Below are positions 58,161 to 64,000 of a stretch of DNA of 64,000 bases, in pieces. The notes under the pieces are model-generated. The model made no database searches, had not been told where the DNA came from, and saw only the letters and a program-made list of their open reading frames with translations. Position numbers and translations under genes: made by a program. Every line of letters starts with the position of its first letter. Position 1 is the first letter of the stretch. This DNA comes from an uncultured SAR86 cluster bacterium. GTDB lineage: Bacteria > Pseudomonadota > Gammaproteobacteria > Magnimaribacterales > D2472. The stretch spans positions 9,662 to 73,661 of the forward strand of contig CACEDS010000002.1 in NCBI GenBank assembly GCA_902558395.1, in the 5' to 3' direction.

Positions 58161-60034
58161 TGAAAATTTTTAATAAAATTCCTGAAACTAAGCCAAAAAC
58201 TCCTTTGCTGGATAAAGTTTCAGTACCGTCTGATATCAGATCATTCTCTGTTAGTGAGCTTGAAATTTTGTCTGATGAATTAAGAGAATTTTTATTATTT
58301 TCTGTTGGACAAACCGGTGGTCATCTTGGAGGCGGGCTTGGTGTTATTGAATTAACTGTAGTTCTTCATCATTTATACAATACTCCATATGATAATTTGG
58401 TTTGGGATGTCGGGCATCAAGCATATCCTCATAAAATCTTAACTGGAAGAAAAAATAAAATTCATACAGTACGCCAAAAAGAAGGATTAGCTCCCTTTCC
58501 GGCAATTAGTGAAAGTGAATATGATGCTTTCGGTGTTGGTCACTCAAGTACTTCTATAAGCGCAATATTAGGTATGGCTATGGGTGCTCAAAAAAATGAT
58601 TCCAATAAAAAACATGTTGCAGTAATTGGAGACGGAGCAATGACTGCAGGCATGGCATTTGAAGCTTTAAGCCACAGCGGTCATTTAAAGCCTAATATTC
58701 TTGTGATTTTAAATGATAATGATATGTCCATTTCAGAAAATATTGGTGGCCTTTCTAATTATTTTTCAAGAATTTGGGCATCAAAAATCTATAAAGGTAT
58801 TAAGAAAAGTGGTGCAAGTGCATTAAAGCCATTACCCCAAGCCTATCATTTAGCAAGAAAGGTTGAGACACAAATGAAGGCAATGGTAGCTCCTGGAACA
58901 ATATTTGAAGAACTTGGATTTAACTATGTTGGTCCTATTGATGGTCACAATATAAAAGAAATGACAGATATGATTAGTAATCTTAAAGATTTTGAGGGCC
59001 CTCAATTCCTTCATGTAATTACAAAAAAAGGTGCTGGCCTTGATCCTGCTGAATCAGATAGAATAGGGTTTCATGCCATAGGTAAAATTAACAGCATAAA
59101 ATCAGATTCAAGTCCAAAGCCAAAATATCAAGATATTTTTAGTGATTGGATAGTTGGTATGGCTGAAAAGGATGAGAGCTTGGTCGCGATTACTCCAGCC
59201 ATGCGTGAAGGTTCTGGGCTTGTTGATTTTAGTAAAAAATATCCCGATAGATATTTTGATGTTGCAATAGCAGAACAGCACTCAGTTACATTTGCAGCCG
59301 GCCTATCTTTAGAAAATAAAAAACCTGTTGTTGCAATTTACTCAACATTTCTTCAAAGAGCATACGATCAATTTATTCATGATGTAGCAGTTCAAAATTT
59401 AGATGTTACCTTTGCTCTTGATAGAGCTGGATTAGTTGGAGAAGACGGGCCAACACATTCTGGCAATTATGATATTGCTTATCTAAGGTGTATACCAAAT
59501 ATAATCCTGATGACTCCTTCAGATGAAAATGAAACAAGATTGCTTTTAACTACAGCCTTCAAACATAAAGGACCTGCAGCTGTAAGATATCCAAGAGGAA
59601 CTGGTCCAAATGCATCTGTTAATTCTGATCTTGAGGCTGTAGAAATTGGTAAAGCTAAAGTAGTAAAAGAAAGTGAGTCTAATGTTGTTTTCTTAAATTT
59701 TGGAGCTTTATTAGATAAAGCACTAGAAGTTTCAGAAAAAATGGATTTCACATTAATTGATATGAGATTTGTTAAGCCTCTTGACCAAGAAATACTAAAA
59801 AAATATTTATCTAAAGCAGACTATTTCGTATCTTTAGAAGATGGATCAATTGCTGGAGGTGCTGGAAGTGCAGTACAGGAGTTTTGTTCAATTGAATCTA
59901 TAGATATTAAATCAATTCTCTTAGGAATACCCGATAGGTTTGTTGAACATTCATCAAGAGAGGAAATGCTTGAATCTGCTGGTCTTTCAGTTGCTAAAAT
60001 ATTAGATAGATTAAGGCCATTGCTGGGAAAATAG
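58160..60034 (+). CDS. dxs: 1-deoxy-D-xylulose-5-phosphate synthase
   Basis: GGHLGGGLG, WDVGHQAYPHK, GHSSTSIS, IGDGAMTAG, YVGPIDGH, DVAIAEQH, DGPTHSG. Confidence 0.97.
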   Translation: MKIFNKIPETKPKTPLLDKVSVPSDIRSFSVSELEILSDELREFLLFSVGQTGGHLGGGLGVIELTVVLHHLYNTPYDNLVWDVGHQAYPHKILTGRKNKIHTVRQKEGLAPFPAISESEYDAFGVGHSSTSISAILGMAMGAQKNDSNKKHVAVIGDGAMTAGMAFEALSHSGHLKPNILVILNDNDMSISENIGGLSNYFSRIWASKIYKGIKKSGASALKPLPQAYHLARKVETQMKAMVAPGTIFEELGFNYVGPIDGHNIKEMTDMISNLKDFEGPQFLHVITKKGAGLDPAESDRIGFHAIGKINSIKSDSSPKPKYQDIFSDWIVGMAEKDESLVAITPAMREGSGLVDFSKKYPDRYFDVAIAEQHSVTFAAGLSLENKKPVVAIYSTFLQRAYDQFIHDVAVQNLDVTFALDRAGLVGEDGPTHSGNYDIAYLRCIPNIILMTPSDENETRLLLTTAFKHKGPAAVRYPRGTGPNASVNSDLEAVEIGKAKVVKESESNVVFLNFGALLDKALEVSEKMDFTLIDMRFVKPLDQEILKKYLSKADYFVSLEDGSIAGGAGSAVQEFCSIESIDIKSILLGIPDRFVEHSSREEMLESAGLSVAKILDRLRPLLGK

Positions 60035-60476
60035 CCATAATCCCGGCTATTAAGTCATCAAGAACTATTCCTAGCCCGTTTTTAAAATTTTTATCAAAAT
60101 AAGACACCGGATAGGGTTTCAAAATATCAAATAGTCTAAAAAAAATAAGAGCTAAAACTGCATAATATGTTCTTGAAGTTTGTGTTGATAGATATAAAGC
60201 AGGAACTAGCGCGATCCAGATACCAACTAATTCATCTATTACGATTGATTTATGATCTTTTTCTATTAGATTGATTGATGCTTTTTCACATATCCATATT
60301 GAAAATGGTATTGATAAAATAACAACTATAAACATATCTACATAATGAGAAATGTATATAAAAATTAAAAATGCAAATATAGATCCCCATGTGCCCGGAG
60401 CAATAGGGATTTTTCCAATACCCCCTAGTGTAGCTATAAAATGAATAGGATTTTTTAGGTCTGGAAACTTGCTCAT
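59994..60476 (-). CDS. pgpA: Phosphatidylglycerophosphatase A
   Basis: APGTWGS, DHKSIVIDELVG, FRLFDILKPYP, GIVLDDLIAG. Confidence 0.95.
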   Translation of the reverse strand: MSKFPDLKNPIHFIATLGGIGKIPIAPGTWGSIFAFLIFIYISHYVDMFIVVILSIPFSIWICEKASINLIEKDHKSIVIDELVGIWIALVPALYLSTQTSRTYYAVLALIFFRLFDILKPYPVSYFDKNFKNGLGIVLDDLIAGIMAIFPAMALIYLIF

Positions 60477-61352
60477 TTAATAATGCTCATACCCTTTTAT
60501 ATCAATATCATAACCTTTATTAGAACAAAGGTTTATTTTCTTGTCCTCTTTTACGATTCCAATTTTTATAAAATTATCGCACACCATTTCTTCTGGCAAA
60601 GTAAAACACAAATCATAGTCATCTCCAGCATTTAAATCATTTATGTCTGAAGTTATGGGTATATCATCTATATAAACATCTGCCCCACATCTAGATGCAT
60701 TAAGCATCTTTTTTAAATCTGCAAGTAAGCCATCAGAAGTATCAATGCATGCATTTGCAATCAGAGAAATTTCTTTACCAAGTTCAATTTTAGCTTTTGG
60801 TCTTAAATAACTATCAATAAATGAAGAGTCTATGTTGTTCTTCCAGTCTTTTAGTCCTTTTGATGCTTTGCCAACTTGAGCACTTATACAAATTATATCT
60901 CCAGGCTTTGCTCCACTTCTTGTAAGAATTTTTTCAGAAAACGGTGAACCATATACAACAACATTTATATTTAGAGGTCCTGAAGTTAAATCCCCTCCAA
61001 TTAATGAAATTCTATACTCATCAGATATTTTTTTAGTTCCTTCTAGAAAACTTTCGAACCAATCATGTTCATTATGAGGCACTGTTACTGACAGACTAAA
61101 TGCAAGAGGTCTGCATGCCATAGCAGCAATATCACTCAAAGCTACCGCAATCGATCTATAAGCAATATCAGAGGGATTAGCATTTTTTGGAAAATGAACA
61201 CCCTCAACAGAAGCATCTATGGATGTGACAATAGGTTTGTTAGATTTAAACACAGCACAATCATCTCCAGGAGAGATGATTATGCCATTATCTTTGTAAT
61301 ATTCTGAGCCAATATTTTTGAATAAATCTATTAGCTCAAATTCAGAATTCAA
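60477..61352 (-). CDS. thiL: Thiamine-monophosphate kinase
   Basis: EFELI, PGDDCAV, EGVHF, SDIAAM, LIGGDLT, RSGAKPGD, CIDTSDGL, GDDYDLCFT. Confidence 0.95.
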   Translation of the reverse strand: MNSEFELIDLFKNIGSEYYKDNGIIISPGDDCAVFKSNKPIVTSIDASVEGVHFPKNANPSDIAYRSIAVALSDIAAMACRPLAFSLSVTVPHNEHDWFESFLEGTKKISDEYRISLIGGDLTSGPLNINVVVYGSPFSEKILTRSGAKPGDIICISAQVGKASKGLKDWKNNIDSSFIDSYLRPKAKIELGKEISLIANACIDTSDGLLADLKKMLNASRCGADVYIDDIPITSDINDLNAGDDYDLCFTLPEEMVCDNFIKIGIVKEDKKINLCSNKGYDIDIKGYEHY

Positions 61353-61360
61353 GAACGTCC

Positions 61361-62548
61361 TTAACTGGGATATCTTTCAAATAAACCAGATGCGCCCATT
61401 CCGCCACCAACGCACATTGTTACAACCCCAAATTGTTTGTCGCTTCTTACTAGCTCTCTAGTTAGATGCCCTACACATCTTGAACCTGTCATTCCAAAAG
61501 GATGTCCAATTGATATAGAACCACCGTTAACATTCAACTTATCCATAGGTATACCCAAAGTATCTCTACAATGAGCAACTTGAACAGCAAAAGCTTCATT
61601 AAGCTCCCATAAATCAATGTCTTCAACTGCCATGTTGTAGTTCTTTAATAACTTCGGAACTGAATAAACAGGCCCTATTCCCATCTCATCTGGCTCACAT
61701 CCCATAGTGGTAAAGCCTCTAAAGTAAGCAATAGGTTTTAATCCAAGTTCCAGAGCTTTTTCTTCTGACATAACTAAATTAATTGAGGCGCCATCAGACA
61801 ATTGAGAAGAATTGCCAGCAGTCACCGTTCCATTTTCAGGATCAAAAACAGGTTTTAACCCGCTTAAACCCTCCATAGTAGTTTCGGGTCTATTACACTC
61901 ATCTTTTTCAACTGTAACTTCAACCTCTTTAGAATCACCAGTCTCTTTATTAACAAGTAACATTTTTGTATTCATTGGAACAATTTCATCCAAGAATAAA
62001 CCGGCTTCTTGTGCAGCAGCTGTTCTCTTTTGGCTTTCAAGTGCCAATTCATCCTGAGTTTCTCTTGAAACATTGTATCTTTTTGCAACCACTTCAGCTG
62101 TCATACCCATGGGATAATAGATACCAGGAGATTGTTCTGCTAACCTTTCATTAACAAAATTGTCCATGTTCATTTTCATCATAGATATAGTTTCTGCTCC
62201 TCCAGCTATCACTGTGTCATAACAACCAGCCATAATTTGACCTGCTGCCATGGAAACAGATTGAAGACCAGAAGAACAATACCTGTTAATTGTTGTTCCA
62301 CCTACAGTAATTGGAAGGTTTGATAATACTGCTGCATTTCTAGCAACATTGTGACCTTGAGCACCCTCAGGATTGCCGCATCCCATTATGATATCTTCAA
62401 CAACTTCTGGATTAAGATTTGGGTTTCTTTCAAGTAATGCATTAATTAGATGAGCTAACATTTCATCAGGTCTTGTCATATTAAAGCCACCTCTATGTGA
62501 CTTTGCCAAGCCAGTTCTAACGCTATCAACAATAACTACGTTTTTCAT
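61361..62548 (-). CDS. Acetyl-CoA C-acyltransferase (thiolase)
   Basis: INRYCSSGLQ, NSSQLSDGA, WELNEAFA, NGGSISIGHPFGMTG, MCVGGGMG. Confidence 0.95.
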   Translation of the reverse strand: MKNVVIVDSVRTGLAKSHRGGFNMTRPDEMLAHLINALLERNPNLNPEVVEDIIMGCGNPEGAQGHNVARNAAVLSNLPITVGGTTINRYCSSGLQSVSMAAGQIMAGCYDTVIAGGAETISMMKMNMDNFVNERLAEQSPGIYYPMGMTAEVVAKRYNVSRETQDELALESQKRTAAAQEAGLFLDEIVPMNTKMLLVNKETGDSKEVEVTVEKDECNRPETTMEGLSGLKPVFDPENGTVTAGNSSQLSDGASINLVMSEEKALELGLKPIAYFRGFTTMGCEPDEMGIGPVYSVPKLLKNYNMAVEDIDLWELNEAFAVQVAHCRDTLGIPMDKLNVNGGSISIGHPFGMTGSRCVGHLTRELVRSDKQFGVVTMCVGGGMGASGLFERYPS

Positions 62549-62606
62549 AATTTCTCCGATTGGGTAAAAAATTTACAAACTCATTCTAATCTATAGATAG
62601 ACTTAC

Positions 62607-62894
62607 TTAAAGCTTCTTATACCATTTTGGTATAACGTCAATGCCCAACTCTTGTGCTTTCTTTATCACATAAGGAATAGTAATAGGACTAAAAGGTAAG
62701 ATTGTTAATACACCCAAGCCTAAACTTTTAAATATTTCATTTAATTGCTCGTTGGCATAATCAATTTCATCTTCAGATGCAGTGCCTTCAATTTGTTTAA
62801 CAAAAATATCTAGCATTTTTTTATTTTCTTCTGACTCTTCTAAAAAGCTATCTTTGAGTTTAAGAATAAATTTTTGTATTTTTTTGGTATTCAT
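62607..62894 (-). CDS. Small hypothetical protein with a hydrophobic Pro-rich segment
   Basis: 95-aa ORF filling the gap between thiolase and nth; SLGLGVLTILPFSPITIP segment. Confidence 0.7.
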   Translation of the reverse strand: MNTKKIQKFILKLKDSFLEESEENKKMLDIFVKQIEGTASEDEIDYANEQLNEIFKSLGLGVLTILPFSPITIPYVIKKAQELGIDVIPKWYKKL

Positions 62895-62926
62895 TTTTAA
62901 GATAATATTATGCTACATTTGTCAGC

Positions 62927-63580
62927 ATGAGAAAATCTGAAAGAGCGCAGATAGTTTTAAAAATTCTTAATAAAACTTACCCCAAGACCCCAATACCTCT
63001 AGATCATAAAGATAATTATACTTTGCTGGTGGCTGTTCTCTTATCTGCGCAATGTACTGATGAAAGAGTAAATCAGGTTACCCCTAAATTATTTGCGATT
63101 GCCTCCGATCCTGAAGCAATGTCAAAATTATCTCAAAATCAAATATATAAAATTATTAAACCATGTGGCTTAGGTCCAAAAAAATCAAAGGCTATCAAGG
63201 AACTATCTTTTATTTTGATAAAAAAGTTTAATGGAGTTGTGCCAAATAATTTTAAAGATCTTGAAGCATTACCAGGAGTTGGTCATAAAACAGCTTCCGT
63301 TGTGATGAGTCAAGGTTTTGGAGTGCCAGCTTTTGCAGTTGATACTCATATACATAGATTAGCTCAAAGATGGGGTTTAACTAATGGTAAAAATGTTCAA
63401 AAGACTGAAGCGGATCTTAAAAAATTATTTGATAAATCATTATGGAATAAGCTTCATCTTCAAATAATTTTTTGGGGTCGTGAGTTTTGTCAGGCTAAGG
63501 CTTGTTACGGCTTAGAGTGTGATATCTGTAAGACATGTTTTCCTAAGAGAATTAAACCATTTGCACACAAAAAGCCTTAG
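62927..63580 (+). CDS. nth: Endonuclease III
   Basis: LLVAVLLSAQCTDERVN, HhH LPGVGHKTA, AVDTHIHR. Confidence 0.94.
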   Translation: MRKSERAQIVLKILNKTYPKTPIPLDHKDNYTLLVAVLLSAQCTDERVNQVTPKLFAIASDPEAMSKLSQNQIYKIIKPCGLGPKKSKAIKELSFILIKKFNGVVPNNFKDLEALPGVGHKTASVVMSQGFGVPAFAVDTHIHRLAQRWGLTNGKNVQKTEADLKKLFDKSLWNKLHLQIIFWGREFCQAKACYGLECDICKTCFPKRIKPFAHKKP

Positions 63581-63634
63581 ATAGATTAAAATATCGTTTC
63601 TTTTTCATATTTATAACACATTAGGATTTTTTTA

Positions 63635-64000
63635 ATGGAATCTAACATCAAAGATAAAAATCTTTCACAGAGTGATGCTGTTTTTAGTAATTCGGAATCT
63701 ATAAAAGATTATGATCAAGAATTATGGCAGTCTTTTGAACAAGAAGCTATAAGGCAAGAGGATCATATAGAATTAATCGCTTCAGAAAATTATGCCAGTC
63801 ATAGAGTACTTGAAGCTCAAGGCTCATTATTAACAAATAAATATGCTGAAGGATATCCATCTAAAAGGTACTATGGTGGTTGCGAATATGTGGATATTGC
63901 AGAAGATATAGCTATATCAAGAGCTAAAGAGCTTTTTAAAGCGGATTATGCTAATGTTCAGCCTCATTCGGGCTCCTCAGCAAATGCTGCTGCCTTCTTA
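63635..64000 (+). CDS. glyA: Serine hydroxymethyltransferase, 5' part (truncated by window edge)
   Basis: Not in ORF track. From ATG 63635: [43 protein letters not shown]; open to the window end. Confidence 0.95.
   Translation, partial: MESNIKDKNLSQSDAVFSNSESIKDYDQELWQSFEQEAIRQEDHIELIASENYASHRVLEAQGSLLTNKYAEGYPSKRYYGGCEYVDIAEDIAISRAKELFKADYANVQPHSGSSANAAAFL

Noticed and set aside
1854-62154. The many 60-150 aa ORFs in the track lying antisense or out of frame within longer genes (e.g. 14888-15334, 25878-26213, 32393-32644, 35577-35981, 41291-41656)
   Set aside because: Fully nested in well-supported genes, no RBS or motif support; expected by chance in AT-rich DNA
1-64000. CRISPR arrays, rRNA, riboswitches, long tandem repeats
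   Set aside because: No regularly spaced repeats or rRNA-like sequence seen; intergenic gaps are all under 200 nt and show no convincing structured RNA

Overview
AT-rich, gene-dense gammaproteobacterial chromosome segment with many 1-20 nt gene overlaps; the streamlined style suggests a marine SAR86-like lineage (inference, not verified). 1-24.2 kb is a minus-strand Wzx/Wzy/Wzz surface-polysaccharide (O-antigen-type) island that runs off the left edge. It contains a pyruvate-dehydrogenase-like E1(alpha/beta fusion) + E2 + ACP-AcpS module plus sulfo-, methyl-, acetyl- and cytidylyl-transferases. tRNA-Leu(TAA) and tRNA-Cys(GCA) follow. A second small glycan insert (24.5-27.9 kb) holds a gtp1-gtp2-gtp3-like (CDP-glycerol) trio, a 108-nt relic of a neuB-type gene and a cytidylyltransferase-cupin fusion. 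28-64 kb is core genome: pgsA, uvrC, pgi, pyrF, ihfB, rpsA (5 S1 domains), cmk, aroA, tyrA, hisC, pheA, serC, gyrA, three-gene pnt, ubiG, gph/mupP, yciK, alkA-like, rluB, scpB, scpA, aroG, a lambda O/P-like pair (dopC/dopE-like), an RND pump with a hairpin-less adaptor, xseB, ispA, dxs, pgpA, thiL, thiolase, nth and the 5' part of glyA. No CRISPR array, rRNA, transposase or integrase was seen. All family assignments come from motif recognition by eye; no database search was run.
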